This document shows, one piece after another, positions 26,635 to 36,144 of a DNA stretch of 41,641 nucleotides (position 1 is the stretch's first letter; every line of letters starts with the position of its first letter). Position numbers and translations under genes: made by a program. This stretch comes from Candidatus Moraniibacteriota bacterium. Lineage in GTDB: Bacteria; Patescibacteriota; Minisyncoccia; Moranbacterales; UBA2206. The notes below the pieces were generated by a model. It had not been told where the DNA came from. It searched no databases and saw only the letters and a program-made list of their open reading frames with translations. The stretch is from assembly GCA_027351145.1 (NCBI GenBank), contig DAIEIZ010000007.1, positions 1 through 41,641 on the forward strand, written 5' to 3'.

Positions 26635-27651
26635 AATTGCCGGAAACAATATTGTTGCTTCCGTTCCTTTTTCAAGCGCACTTTTTATTTTCATTTTCCC
26701 CTTATGCAAATCAACGATTTCCTTTACCAGCGACAGTCCAAGTCCCGCACCGCTTGAGGCTCTGACTCTCGCCTCATCAGCTTTATAGAAACGCTCGAGG
26801 ATATGTTCCAGATCCTTATCGGAGATGCCGATGCCCGTGTCAATAATCGAGACTCTTATTCCGTCATTATTTTTATCGATTGAGACAAACACTTCTCCGG
26901 CGGATTTATTATAATCAATGGCATTTTTAATAAGGTTTGAAAATAACCTTTTCAATTGCGACCGATTGCCCCTGACAAAAAATTCTCCCGCGAAATCCTT
27001 TTTCAACTTAATATTATTTTTCACCGCATACGCCAGCATAAAATCGATTTGCTTCGAAAGCAGCCTTCCTAAGTCCACTTTTTCAAAAAAAACATCTTGC
27101 CCCTCATCGCTCTGCGCCAAAAATAATAAATCATTCACCATCCTGGAAAGATGGTTGACTTCTTCAACGGAATCGTCCAATATTTTTTTATATTCTTGGA
27201 CATTTTCACTTTCACGGGAAGCCTGAATACCGGTTTTTAAAACGGCCAGTGGCGTACGCAACTCATGCGCGGCATCGGAAACAAATTTCCGTTGTTTTTT
27301 ATACGCCATCTCAATTGGAAAAAGTGTTTTCCCCGCCAAATAATATCCCAGGCCGGCAAAAATTAAAACGATAAAGCCGTCAGCCGTAATTAAAATCATT
27401 TTGAGCTGTTCCTGCACGATATCAATCATCTGAGAATCAGCATTTTGGCTTTGCGAAGAGTCAACCTCGATATTTTCTGAGATATCCCTGCCAAACATAG
27501 TATAAACCGCCACGCTAAAAACAGTTAGGACCAAAAAAATACCCGCTGTATAATAGATGGCTAATTTTAATCGTGCCTTGAAAAACTGGCTAGGCCTGGA
27601 ATTTGTATCCGACTCCCCTGACTGTTTTAATGTATTTTTCATTCTTATCAT
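26626..27651 (-). CDS. Sensor histidine kinase (HisKA + HATPase_c), TCS-1
   Basis: 2 TM. H-box FVSDAAHELRTPL, N-box NLIKNAIDY, G-boxes DTGIGI and GAGLGLS. Confidence 0.9.
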   Translation of the reverse strand: MIRMKNTLKQSGESDTNSRPSQFFKARLKLAIYYTAGIFLVLTVFSVAVYTMFGRDISENIEVDSSQSQNADSQMIDIVQEQLKMILITADGFIVLIFAGLGYYLAGKTLFPIEMAYKKQRKFVSDAAHELRTPLAVLKTGIQASRESENVQEYKKILDDSVEEVNHLSRMVNDLLFLAQSDEGQDVFFEKVDLGRLLSKQIDFMLAYAVKNNIKLKKDFAGEFFVRGNRSQLKRLFSNLIKNAIDYNKSAGEVFVSIDKNNDGIRVSIIDTGIGISDKDLEHILERFYKADEARVRASSGAGLGLSLVKEIVDLHKGKMKIKSALEKGTEATILFPAIYS

Positions 27652-28255
27652 TTAACTTTTTACGCAATTGCTTAATGTAAGCATCCACGATATTGCTGAA
27701 AGAATCAAACGCAAAATCCCAACAGTGTTCCAAAATCTGATCCCGCGTCAAAACCTGCTCCTTATTTCTCATCAGATATTCAAGCACTGCGTATTCTTTC
27801 AATGTCAGCGAAAGCAATTTTCCGCTTTTAGTTGCAACATATTTAGCATTATCAATGGAAATATCTTGAGCAATAAGCACTTCGCCGGATTTTTCTTTCG
27901 GCCGGCGCAGTAGCGCTCGAACCCTTGCCAGCAATTCATCCAATTCAAAAGGCTTGATCAAATAATCATCCGCACCGCTATCCAGGCCGGAAACCTTGTC
28001 ATCCAGCTCGCCCTTGGCAGTGAGCATTATAATTGGCAAATTAATGTTTCTTGCTCGCAGGTCACAACAAACCGCGATTCCATCTTTTCCAGGTAACATT
28101 ATATCCAAAATTACCAAATCATATTCGCCAAATTCAATCCGCCGCTCTCCGCTTTCACCGTCATAGACGCAATCAACGGCATAGCCTTTCCGCTCCAAGG
28201 CTTTTTTGACATACCCGGCTAATTTTTGATTGTCTTCGACAATTATTATACGCAT
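27590..28255 (-). CDS. OmpR/PhoB-family response regulator, TCS-1
   Basis: Receiver domain MRIIIVEDNQ..DLVILDIMLPGKDG..LTAK. Winged-helix C-terminus ..TVRGVGYKFQA. Confidence 0.9.
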   Translation of the reverse strand: MRIIIVEDNQKLAGYVKKALERKGYAVDCVYDGESGERRIEFGEYDLVILDIMLPGKDGIAVCCDLRARNINLPIIMLTAKGELDDKVSGLDSGADDYLIKPFELDELLARVRALLRRPKEKSGEVLIAQDISIDNAKYVATKSGKLLSLTLKEYAVLEYLMRNKEQVLTRDQILEHCWDFAFDSFSNIVDAYIKQLRKKLNDKNEKYIKTVRGVGYKFQA

Positions 28256-28277
28256 AAAGGAATATTACTGATACTTT

Positions 28278-28295
28278 ATGAAAATTATATGAATG
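28278..28295 (-). promoter_or_regulatory. ATGAA direct-repeat box upstream of the TCS-1 response regulator
   Basis: Plus strand ATGAAAATTATATGAATG. Half-sites are 11 bp apart. It is 22 nt upstream of the RR1 ATG. Confidence 0.45.
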
Positions 28296-28362
28296 GTTTT
28301 TTAATCGCTTAATTATCACAAGCATAGCTCGGATTAACTAAAATTTCCAGTTTTTCAGTAAT

Positions 28363-28391
28363 GAAAAAGACCTCTCCCTTGAGAGGTCTTT
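28363..28391 (-). terminator. Rho-independent terminator after the small secreted-protein gene
   Basis: The minus strand reads AAAAGACCUCUC-AAGG-GAGAGGUCUUUU followed by U. It is 17 nt after the stop at 28408. Confidence 0.65.
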
Positions 28392-28407
28392 TACGTTTTG
28401 CCAGACA

Positions 28408-28692
28408 CTAGTCCTGATGATTGCCCTCATCACCTTCAAACCGATGATCGATTCCGTCTTTTTCATCAGCAACCGACTCCTTTGAGTCTGTCGTATCGCC
28501 AGCTTCCGGCTTATCAACAGTTGTGTCAACGGTTTCAGTGGCACTTTTCACCACCTGCTGAGATTGATCAATCGCATTAACCGCCGCAACCTTATTCGTT
28601 GCACTATTTGCCGACACTTGCATCGCACCAATGGCTCCCCCGCCAAGAAGAAGTCCGAGTGCGAGCATTGACAATGTTTTCTTATTTTTCAT
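28408..28692 (-). CDS. Small secreted acidic protein (94 aa)
   Basis: Signal peptide MKNKKTLSMLALGLLLGGGAIGAMQVSA. The mature part is Asp/Glu/Thr-rich and ends DHRFEGDEGNHQD. It has its own terminator. Confidence 0.6.
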   Translation of the reverse strand: MKNKKTLSMLALGLLLGGGAIGAMQVSANSATNKVAAVNAIDQSQQVVKSATETVDTTVDKPEAGDTTDSKESVADEKDGIDHRFEGDEGNHQD

Positions 28693-28797
28693 AATGTTTT
28701 TACTTTAAATAATTAATTTTTAGCGAAATGATATTTTCGACCGCGGCGACATCACTGACGCCATTATCATTTCCGACTATCATCTTAGCAAATCAAG

Positions 28798-28815
28798 ATG
28801 AAAATCGAGTGAATC
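28798..28815 (-). promoter_or_regulatory. ATGAA/GTGAA direct-repeat box upstream of the small secreted-protein gene
   Basis: Plus strand ATGAAAATCGAGTGAATC. Half-sites are 11 bp apart. It is 105 nt upstream of the ATG at 28692. Confidence 0.35.
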
Positions 28816-28886
28816 TTAATAAATATCCGATTTTGTCTTAATTTACTAATATTTAAAGTATGCCGATTCATTATGATGCTAGCATG

Positions 28887-28918
28887 AAAAACTTCTTCGG
28901 CTATTTGCGCAAGCCGAA
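28887..28918 (-). terminator. Possible intrinsic terminator after GT-C1
   Basis: The minus strand reads UUCGGCU-UGCGCAAAU-AGCCGAA, then GAAG, then UUUUU. It is 16 nt after the stop at 28934. Confidence 0.35.
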
Positions 28919-28933
28919 TTAGATTGACTGGCT

Positions 28934-30646
28934 TTATTTTTCAAACATTTTTTTCCAAGTAAATAAACGCGCTATTTGCATTTTTTCCGTTGGTATTTCC
29001 GATTGGGATTCATCTTGTCTTTGAGCGATAATCGATCCAACTCTCGGCTCGAGATGATAAACAGCAAGCGTGCCAAAATTTTGCTCTTCAGAAATAGCAA
29101 ATTCCTTGGAATGTTTTCCAATTCCTTCGCCGGAAAAAGCAATCACAAAATAATTGCCCTCCGCATACACAGACCGCCCATCCATTGCACTGCGATATAC
29201 TATTCCATCTTTTTCCAAATGATACCAAAAAACTGGCTCATATTCATGCTTGGCCGCTAGATATACCGGGTAACCATTTTGTCGCACTCTGGCTTTAATA
29301 TAATCCAGAATAGAATATTGCTGGGCAAGGGTAATTCTTGCCGTATTAGGAAATATATCCTCCGTTTCCACTATCAACGGCTGTTTATTCACTACTTGCA
29401 ATTGCCAAAAATATTGTCTCAGACCTTGAACATTTCCCGCAATAGCCATAAAAACTAACATGATTGATAAGACAAGACCGATAGTATGGAATTTCATAAT
29501 TAACAGTTTTTCCAAGATAAGTCCCAGGAAAATAAACGGTAAAATAGTCACTCCAAGAAAAAATCGCGGATACATTGTATGATCAATTCGCAAAAGAGAA
29601 AGAAAATATAAGGTAGAAACGAAAAATAATATGGCGGAAAAATAAAGAAAATCTTTGCGCTTTTGGTCTTTCTCTTTTTTCAGATTCAACAAAAGAATAG
29701 TCGCCGCTATTCCTAAAAAGATTAATGCCAAGACTCTCCAAGGAAAATCATCCCCCGCTCCAAGACCATAACCACTTAATTTATGACTGGCATTAATATG
29801 ATCAATTCCCGTTAAAATCAAAGAATATTCTGAAGCATCATGCTGAAATGCTTTCGCTATATCTTTTCCCAGAAAAAGTTTTTCACGCGGACCCCTATCT
29901 ACTTTTTCAAAAAAATAATTAAAATTTTGTCCATGATTTATTATGTCACTAATGACCATGGGCGTGTAAGCCACCAGAATAATAAGGACAGCGGAAGCCC
30001 AAATTCGCAACTTAAAACGTGGGCGCTTTAGAAATAAAAAAACAACAGTCACTGCGGGAAAAATAAAAAAAGCATTAAAATGAATTTGAGTTATAACTGC
30101 CAAGAGAAAAATGGCAAGCAAGAACCATCTATCTTTTTTTATCTCTTCCCTGTCGACACTGCGCAAAAATGCGTAAGCAAAAGCCAAGCTAAGAAACGGC
30201 AGCACATTCGGACTCCAAGAAAAACGCGCATAGGCTACAAGATACAAAGAGCTGGCGTAGATCGAAAGAAGCACTAACGAAACGGTCGCGGAAAAATATC
30301 TTCTGCAAAAAAAATAAAACAAAGGCAGAGAAAGAATGGAAAAAATCAAAACAAGCATAGCATGCCCTGACGGCGTATTGCCAAAAAGCATGGCACTGGC
30401 GTATTCCAAATAATAAAAAGCGGGTCCGAGGCGAAGCGCCCTTCCTCCGCCAGCAGTCGGTCCAAGCAATGGAAGACTGCTGATGCCATTTTCTACCGCT
30501 TGAGCCACTATGCGCGTGTCATAGACCTGGTCAATTTCAAAATGCAGCCAGTCCGAAAAATGATAAGCGCGTAAAAAAATACCCACTCCAATTATTACGA
30601 TAAACGCCAACATTTCCCATTTTTTTATTTCAAATTTTCGAAACAT
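28934..30646 (-). CDS. ArnT/PMT-like GT-C-fold membrane glycosyltransferase (GT39/83-like), paralog 1
   Basis: 570 aa, about 12 TM in the N-terminal two thirds plus a soluble C-terminal domain. The N-terminal loop GIFLRAYHFSDWLHFEIDQVYD sits where ArnT/PMT proteins carry the DE/DD motif. Confidence 0.6.
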   Translation of the reverse strand: MFRKFEIKKWEMLAFIVIIGVGIFLRAYHFSDWLHFEIDQVYDTRIVAQAVENGISSLPLLGPTAGGGRALRLGPAFYYLEYASAMLFGNTPSGHAMLVLIFSILSLPLFYFFCRRYFSATVSLVLLSIYASSLYLVAYARFSWSPNVLPFLSLAFAYAFLRSVDREEIKKDRWFLLAIFLLAVITQIHFNAFFIFPAVTVVFLFLKRPRFKLRIWASAVLIILVAYTPMVISDIINHGQNFNYFFEKVDRGPREKLFLGKDIAKAFQHDASEYSLILTGIDHINASHKLSGYGLGAGDDFPWRVLALIFLGIAATILLLNLKKEKDQKRKDFLYFSAILFFVSTLYFLSLLRIDHTMYPRFFLGVTILPFIFLGLILEKLLIMKFHTIGLVLSIMLVFMAIAGNVQGLRQYFWQLQVVNKQPLIVETEDIFPNTARITLAQQYSILDYIKARVRQNGYPVYLAAKHEYEPVFWYHLEKDGIVYRSAMDGRSVYAEGNYFVIAFSGEGIGKHSKEFAISEEQNFGTLAVYHLEPRVGSIIAQRQDESQSEIPTEKMQIARLFTWKKMFEK

Positions 30647-30661
30647 AGTTGTGATTGGCTT

Positions 30662-31360
30662 TTACTGTTTAATAAAACGCTCTAGAAATTCCATTTCTTC
30701 ATCTCTTTCTGGGTGAAAAATAACTTCACTTTCTTTATTTAAAGGCAGTTTAAAGATTTTGTTAAAATTTTCCAGCCAATCAAAGCTAATCATCAAATCA
30801 GAAGAGGCCAGCTTGGATGCTAAAAACAGTTTCCGATTGCTTCTCCTGAATGAATTCAAAATAAAGCAAACAAGGCTTCTTAGCGGGTAGGACTCCGTAC
30901 CAAGTCTCAGATAATTTATCCCATACTTTTTTGAAAGCACGATAACAATTTTGAAATAGGGCGGGAAAAAGTGAACGTGTTGATGAGAGCTGATGCCATC
31001 CGGCGACTTCCCGAATAATTCTCGAAAATGTTCAATTTGCCCCTCCCATTGTTTTTGCATGGAAGCAGGATTGGTTCGTCCAGAACAATAATTGAAACCA
31101 AATGAAATTACTCGCTTGAAAACACCGTCTTTTATCTTGCGATTAGGATCGATATCATTCCGCAAGTCAATATGGATATCTAGTTTTACATTAGAAGCTA
31201 AGATTTTTTCAATCTCCCGAATTGCTATTCTGCCATGAGGCATTATGGAAATCCGATCGATTTTTCCGGTTTCCAGCAATTGCAACATATTTTCATTAGC
31301 TTTTTGACTTATGCCAAAATCATCCAGCGAAAGAATAATATTTTTTTGTTTTATTAGCAT
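30662..31360 (-). CDS. YdjC/ChbG-family carbohydrate deacetylase
   Basis: Contains ILSLDDFGISQKANENMLQLLETGKIDRISIMPHG and ..SSHQHVH.., the YdjC metal-site-like motifs. Confidence 0.7.
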   Translation of the reverse strand: MLIKQKNIILSLDDFGISQKANENMLQLLETGKIDRISIMPHGRIAIREIEKILASNVKLDIHIDLRNDIDPNRKIKDGVFKRVISFGFNYCSGRTNPASMQKQWEGQIEHFRELFGKSPDGISSHQHVHFFPPYFKIVIVLSKKYGINYLRLGTESYPLRSLVCFILNSFRRSNRKLFLASKLASSDLMISFDWLENFNKIFKLPLNKESEVIFHPERDEEMEFLERFIKQ

Positions 31361-31418
31361 GGATTTTAAATTTATGGCGACTTTCTTACCTCTGATTATG
31401 GCTTATAAATTCAAACGC

Positions 31419-31443
31419 AAAAAACACCCAAGAGACCTTGGGT
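31419..31443 (-). terminator. Rho-independent terminator between HK2 and ydjC
   Basis: The minus strand reads ACCCAAG-GUCU-CUUGGGU, then G, then UUUUUU. Confidence 0.55.
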
Positions 31444-31461
31444 TTATAATAAATTCGCAGC

Positions 31462-31479
31462 ATGAAGAAAAGATGAAGA
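31462..31479 (-). promoter_or_regulatory. ATGAAGA direct-repeat box, an 18-mer identical to 33160-33177
   Basis: Plus strand ATGAAGAAAAGATGAAGA. It lies 15 nt after the HK2 stop and 101 nt upstream of the ydjC ATG. Confidence 0.45.
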
Positions 31480-31493
31480 AACAATGGCAAGAT

Positions 31494-32516
31494 TTAAGAA
31501 GAGATTATTGGAAAACTCACCCGAATTTCCGTTCCAACATTCAACCGGCTACTTATTGAAAGTTTTCCGTGATGATTTTCGGTAATTTCTTTAACAATTG
31601 AAAGTCCGAGACCGGAGCCACCCATCTCTTGCGAACGAGTTTTGTCCGCCTTATAGAATGCTTCAGTAATATGCGGAAGATCTTCTTTGGAAATACCAAC
31701 TCCGGTGTCCGCCACCGAAATCTCCAACTGATTCCCTGCTCTTCTAACAGCCACTTCGACTTTTCCGCCAGGAGAAGTATAATCAATGGCGTTTTTAAGA
31801 AGGTTAAAAAACAGTTTTTCCAAATCCAACCGACTCCCTTTTATGCTGCCATCAACAATTTCACCGGCAGCTAGCAATACACCCTTATTTTTTGCCAAGT
31901 TTTTAAAATTTTCTATCATTTTTTCCGCCAACTTCCCCAGTGCAATTTGCTCCAGTTGCTGATTTGGCATAGCATTATTTCGAGAAAGAAAAAGAAGTTG
32001 CTCCACCATCTTAGACATGCGATCAATCTCCTCAAGATTGCTTTTTACCAACACGCGAAACTCTTGCAAATCTATTTTGCTTTTTCTCAAAATCACTTCG
32101 CAATCAGTTTTCATAATTGTCAGCGGTGTGCGCAAATCATGCGAAGCATTGGCGGTAAAACGCCTTTGCTCCTCCAGTGTGTTTTCGATTGGCCGCAAAT
32201 TTTTTCTCGCCAAAAAAAATGCCAAACCGCCAGAAATAATCAAAAGAATGGCGTTTCCTACCGCAAAAGCTTCCCTCACCTGAGTATCCGCTTTTTGAAT
32301 AGCAGTTTGCCGAGAGGCATGCCCTTTAAACTCCTCATCAATCGCATCTTTGATATTTTTTTGTAAGCTGAAATAAAGACCGACGCTAAAAGCAGCGAGG
32401 ATCACTGCAATAATGAGCACATAGAGAAAGGTGAGTTTTAGGCGCGCCCAAAGAAAAAGATTATTCCTTGAACCGATAGCCCACCCCGTGAATCGTTTCA
32501 AATAATTTTTTGCCAT
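31494..32516 (-). CDS. Sensor histidine kinase, TCS-2 (paralog of 26626-27651)
   Basis: 2 TM. H-box FTANASHDLRTPL, N-box NLLKNAIDY, G-boxes DTGVGI and GSGLGLS. Confidence 0.9.
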   Translation of the reverse strand: MAKNYLKRFTGWAIGSRNNLFLWARLKLTFLYVLIIAVILAAFSVGLYFSLQKNIKDAIDEEFKGHASRQTAIQKADTQVREAFAVGNAILLIISGGLAFFLARKNLRPIENTLEEQRRFTANASHDLRTPLTIMKTDCEVILRKSKIDLQEFRVLVKSNLEEIDRMSKMVEQLLFLSRNNAMPNQQLEQIALGKLAEKMIENFKNLAKNKGVLLAAGEIVDGSIKGSRLDLEKLFFNLLKNAIDYTSPGGKVEVAVRRAGNQLEISVADTGVGISKEDLPHITEAFYKADKTRSQEMGGSGLGLSIVKEITENHHGKLSISSRLNVGTEIRVSFPIISS

Positions 32517-33135
32517 TATTTTTGCTAAATTTATTTCTTAAATTTTTAACATGCACATCAACAATATTACTGAAAGATTCAAAGGCAAAATCCCACAAAT
32601 TACCAAGAATCTGCTCTCGATTTAACACTTGACCGGGATGGCGCATAAAATATTCCAAAAGACCAAACTCTTTAAGCGTCAATGGGATTTCTTCGCTAAA
32701 ATAAGTAACCCTCCGCGAAACGCTATCTAATTTAATGCCGTGTCGGCTTAATTCTAGCGGCATAACGGAAGGCGGCCTTCGAAGCAACGCCCTGATTCGC
32801 GCAGTAAGCTCATCAAAAGAAAAAGGTTTTACCAAATAATCATCAGCCCCGCAGTTGAGACCAAAAATTTTGTCCTCCGTTGTATCTTTGGCCGTAAGCA
32901 TTAAAACTGGAATGTAAATATTCCAGTCTCTCCAATTCTTACAAATAGTCAACCCGTCATGCCCCGGCAACATCAAATCCAAAATTACCAGGTCATAATC
33001 TTGATGGCTAGACGCTATCCTTCTCTGCCCCGCCTCTCCTTCCAGAAAAAAATCAACGGAATAGCCCTCTTGCTCTAGTCCTTTTTTGATAGATTTGACC
33101 AATTTTTGGTTGTCTTCGATAATGAGTATTTTCAT
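32461..33135 (-). CDS. OmpR/PhoB-family response regulator, TCS-2 (paralog of 27590-28255)
   Basis: Contains MKILIIEDNQKLVKSIKK..DLVILDLMLPGHDG..LTAK.. and ends ..IHGVGYRFKE. Confidence 0.9.
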   Translation of the reverse strand: MKILIIEDNQKLVKSIKKGLEQEGYSVDFFLEGEAGQRRIASSHQDYDLVILDLMLPGHDGLTICKNWRDWNIYIPVLMLTAKDTTEDKIFGLNCGADDYLVKPFSFDELTARIRALLRRPPSVMPLELSRHGIKLDSVSRRVTYFSEEIPLTLKEFGLLEYFMRHPGQVLNREQILGNLWDFAFESFSNIVDVHVKNLRNKFSKNNGKKLFETIHGVGYRFKE

Positions 33136-33159
33136 ATCCTTCCAGCATCATACATGAAA

Positions 33160-33177
33160 ATGAAGAAAAGATGAAGA
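33160..33177 (-). promoter_or_regulatory. ATGAAGA direct-repeat box upstream of the TCS-2 response regulator
   Basis: Plus strand ATGAAGAAAAGATGAAGA, with a third ATGAA at 33154. It is 24 nt upstream of the RR2 ATG. On the minus strand it overlaps the -35 position of a TATGAT -10 candidate. Confidence 0.5.
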
Positions 33178-33203
33178 GAAAATAAAATCAAGGCAGCAAT
33201 TCT

Positions 33204-34763
33204 TTATTTCAAAATAAGAATAGCTTGCCGAGAAAATTGCCTGCCGGAAATTATCTCATGACCTTTCACTGCTTGGCCGGGAATAATTTTTCCATTATTA
33301 TTCTCAATATAATAAAGTGGCGAGTGCTGGCTTGAATTATCCAAATTAATCGCTTTTATAAATTTAGCGTCAATATTTGCCTGATTCAAAAAATATTTAA
33401 CAGGCAAATAAAACCGGGGTCCAATCCTTGTTTCTCCGGAAAAAAACAAGGATGATGAATTTCCTCTAGTCGCCAAAACGTATTGCGCCATAAGTTCAAC
33501 CTCTCCCAATGTGCTATTTTTTGCATCATCCTGCAAACCATCCCGATAGCTAATTGCCGCAGTAAAATCCCTAATAAGAGAGAAACTTAGTAATACAAAA
33601 ATCATCCCGACGGCAATTCTGCGCCCTATTTTTCCATATCCGATCTGAATCGCTTCAATAATAAGTCCAAAAAGAACAAAGGGAACTAAAAAAATAATCA
33701 AAAAATATCCCACAAAAATTATTTTAGCAATGGGAACTAAAATAATAAAAGTCACCAGATTAAAAAGCAAAACCAAGCCCAAGAAATTTTTTTTCTTCAG
33801 TTCTTTCGTTTTGCGAAAATTGCGCCAAAGCAGAAAATAGCCCGTCACGGAAAATAACACGCCAAGCGTCATTTCGAGATAATAAAGATATTCGCCGTTT
33901 CCTCTGCTTAAAGGCGACCTAAAAACATTTCGGCAAGATATATCATCTCCAACAGAAGAAAGCGTATAAGCATTGGCCTCAACCTGGCAAGCGGAAATAT
34001 AAAAAGCTTCCATTGCAAGATTTCCTTTTGTTTTTGAATCACTCCTGAATCCGGCAAAGAATTGGCGGGAATTAAACCAATTCGAACCAAATTCTGACAC
34101 TATTTGACTAGTGTTGAAGATAAGAGAAATTATAATTATTATCGCTAAATTTTTCCAAATACCCGGATACTTTTTAATCAGCAGATATACGAATACGCAA
34201 AACGTCACTATAGGCATGATTACTAAAAAAGTCGTGTGCAACTGCACGCCCACCCCCAAACTGATTCCGATTAAAATAACCCACAGCAGGTTCTTTTTTC
34301 CCCGATTATTCAAAATTTTTAGCATCGCATAAAAATACGTCAGCAGAAAAAAGGGCATGAGATTGGGGTTGGAAGAAAAACGAGAGTTAATGACCAAGAA
34401 ATAGGAGACGCTCATTAGGACAGTCAAAGCCAATGAAAGCGTTTTATTAAAATATTCTTTCAAAAATAAAAACAGAAGCGGAATAGCTAAGATCGAAAAA
34501 ATGAGACTAGGGTAAGCCATGGCAACAGGATTATTCCCAAATATTTTTTCCGAAATAAAAGAAAAATAATAATACATCGGTCCTAAAAGAAAATTTGTGT
34601 TACCAGCATTGGGACCGAGAAAAGGTAAGGGATTTTTATTTTTCAAAGCATCACTGATTATTGCGGCATCCCTAGATTGATCACCGCCGAATCTTAGCCA
34701 ATCATGAAAATGATAGGCACGCAAAAAAATTCCCAGAAAAACAACCAGGGACAAAAGTAGCAA
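33204..34763 (-). CDS. ArnT/PMT-like GT-C-fold membrane glycosyltransferase, paralog 2
   Basis: GIFLRAYHFHDWLRFGGDQSRD aligns with GT-C1 GIFLRAYHFSDWLHFEIDQVYD. Polytopic. No ATG is available, so the start is uncertain (the track uses TTG at 34763). Confidence 0.6.
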   Translation of the reverse strand: MLLLSLVVFLGIFLRAYHFHDWLRFGGDQSRDAAIISDALKNKNPLPFLGPNAGNTNFLLGPMYYYFSFISEKIFGNNPVAMAYPSLIFSILAIPLLFLFLKEYFNKTLSLALTVLMSVSYFLVINSRFSSNPNLMPFFLLTYFYAMLKILNNRGKKNLLWVILIGISLGVGVQLHTTFLVIMPIVTFCVFVYLLIKKYPGIWKNLAIIIIISLIFNTSQIVSEFGSNWFNSRQFFAGFRSDSKTKGNLAMEAFYISACQVEANAYTLSSVGDDISCRNVFRSPLSRGNGEYLYYLEMTLGVLFSVTGYFLLWRNFRKTKELKKKNFLGLVLLFNLVTFIILVPIAKIIFVGYFLIIFLVPFVLFGLIIEAIQIGYGKIGRRIAVGMIFVLLSFSLIRDFTAAISYRDGLQDDAKNSTLGEVELMAQYVLATRGNSSSLFFSGETRIGPRFYLPVKYFLNQANIDAKFIKAINLDNSSQHSPLYYIENNNGKIIPGQAVKGHEIISGRQFSRQAILILK

Positions 34764-34819
34764 GTCCAGCTTATTCTTTTTTAAATAAAGTTTTATATTT
34801 TTATATATTCATTCGCTCT

Positions 34820-36025
34820 TTATTTTTCATAAAGATAGAAGAAGTCTTTTTCATAACCGTTCAGATATTGTCTTGATCCATCCTGCAAATCCTTCGTTAG
34901 CGTAGTAGATGTATATTTTCCAAATCCCGTCGGCTCGAAGATATTAAAGCGCACCCAGATTGGATTGATATCCAATTGAATTGCATTTACCGCTCCCGCC
35001 GCTTTCAGGGCATTGGCTAGAGTCACGGGCGTAAGATTATTGCCGACAGCAAAAAGCAAGTTCCCCTCCTTGGTCAAGCCAATTCCCGATCGCCAGGTAT
35101 AGATATCGGTTGTTCCCGCTGCCAAGCGACCCCATAACACTTTGTTTCTCGGATTAGCTACCGAAATCTCACCATCAGTGATAAGCATTGGACAATTTTG
35201 ACGAACAAATGCGACACTACCACCCAATGATTGTCCGTCATAATTAATGATTCTCAATGAACCATCGCTATTTTCTACTAATGTTCCCAGGTCATTTTTG
35301 AGTGGAAGATAGGTTGTATTTTCAACAATCATTCCATAAGCACCATCCTTATATTGAAAACCTCCATCGAAAGCAGCAATCAACTTTCCGCTGTCAATAA
35401 TATCTTTAGGGATAACTCCCGGGCCAGGCTTTCCTACCGGTCCGCCCGGCTGCTTTGTTCCCGCTACGCTACCCATGCGCATCACATGCATGTCCATCTG
35501 AACAATCGTAGTAATGGCATAGGAACGATCGGGATCAGGACGAACAAAAGTATGCGCCATCACCTCTTTGTCCGGAAACAAACTCAAGGGATGATTATGC
35601 CAAATCCCCTCCCCATCAAGTGGCTCAAAATTATTATTCATTTTTAGCGGTGTCAGGTTAAGATTTCCTCCTGCAATATTGCTCCCTGAGTTTTGATCGG
35701 TAAACTGAGGCGCCTTATCAGAATTAGAATTATCCGTCAGGCGCCTTGCAAGATCAGAAGTGTTAAAAAATATTTTTTCCAAATAAACAATATTACTATC
35801 TCCCAATATGGGTCGCAAAACATTGTCAGTCAGTTGAGCTGCGGCCGAAGTATCAAACCTTAAAAACAGAACACCGCAAACAAATAACGCAAAAAAGGAT
35901 AAAACGATAACCCTTATCCACCTAAAAACCAAGTCTTTTCGCTTGCGCTTTGTCTTCGTTTTTATCTCTTTTTTCTGGCACCTAGCTGGCGTTATTACTT
36001 TTTGAGAAACGCTATCCATTATCAT
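34820..36025 (-). CDS. Membrane-anchored phosphodiester glycosidase-like protein (DUF2233/NAGPA-like)
   Basis: N-terminal TM. The C-terminal region ..WRSGIGLTKEGNLLFAVGNNLTPVTLANALKAAGAVNAIQLDINP.. resembles the DUF2233 core. I prefer ATG at 36025 over TTG at 36031. Confidence 0.5.
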   Translation of the reverse strand: MIMDSVSQKVITPARCQKKEIKTKTKRKRKDLVFRWIRVIVLSFFALFVCGVLFLRFDTSAAAQLTDNVLRPILGDSNIVYLEKIFFNTSDLARRLTDNSNSDKAPQFTDQNSGSNIAGGNLNLTPLKMNNNFEPLDGEGIWHNHPLSLFPDKEVMAHTFVRPDPDRSYAITTIVQMDMHVMRMGSVAGTKQPGGPVGKPGPGVIPKDIIDSGKLIAAFDGGFQYKDGAYGMIVENTTYLPLKNDLGTLVENSDGSLRIINYDGQSLGGSVAFVRQNCPMLITDGEISVANPRNKVLWGRLAAGTTDIYTWRSGIGLTKEGNLLFAVGNNLTPVTLANALKAAGAVNAIQLDINPIWVRFNIFEPTGFGKYTSTTLTKDLQDGSRQYLNGYEKDFFYLYEK

Positions 36026-36144
36026 AGCCAAATGAAAAAATTACTCACTGTTTTTATTTGATACAAAGCCAGTATATCTCCTTATATATTCACAACCAAG
36101 AAATGCGCATATTTTCCATAACTGCACGAGTTTCTCATTCTTGT

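Noticed and set aside
31311-31559. 82-aa plus-strand ORF spanning the ydjC-HK2 intergenic region
   Set aside because: It runs through a minus-strand terminator, an ATGAA box and the 3' end of HK2. Its composition is driven by the repeat box (..EEKMKKQ..).
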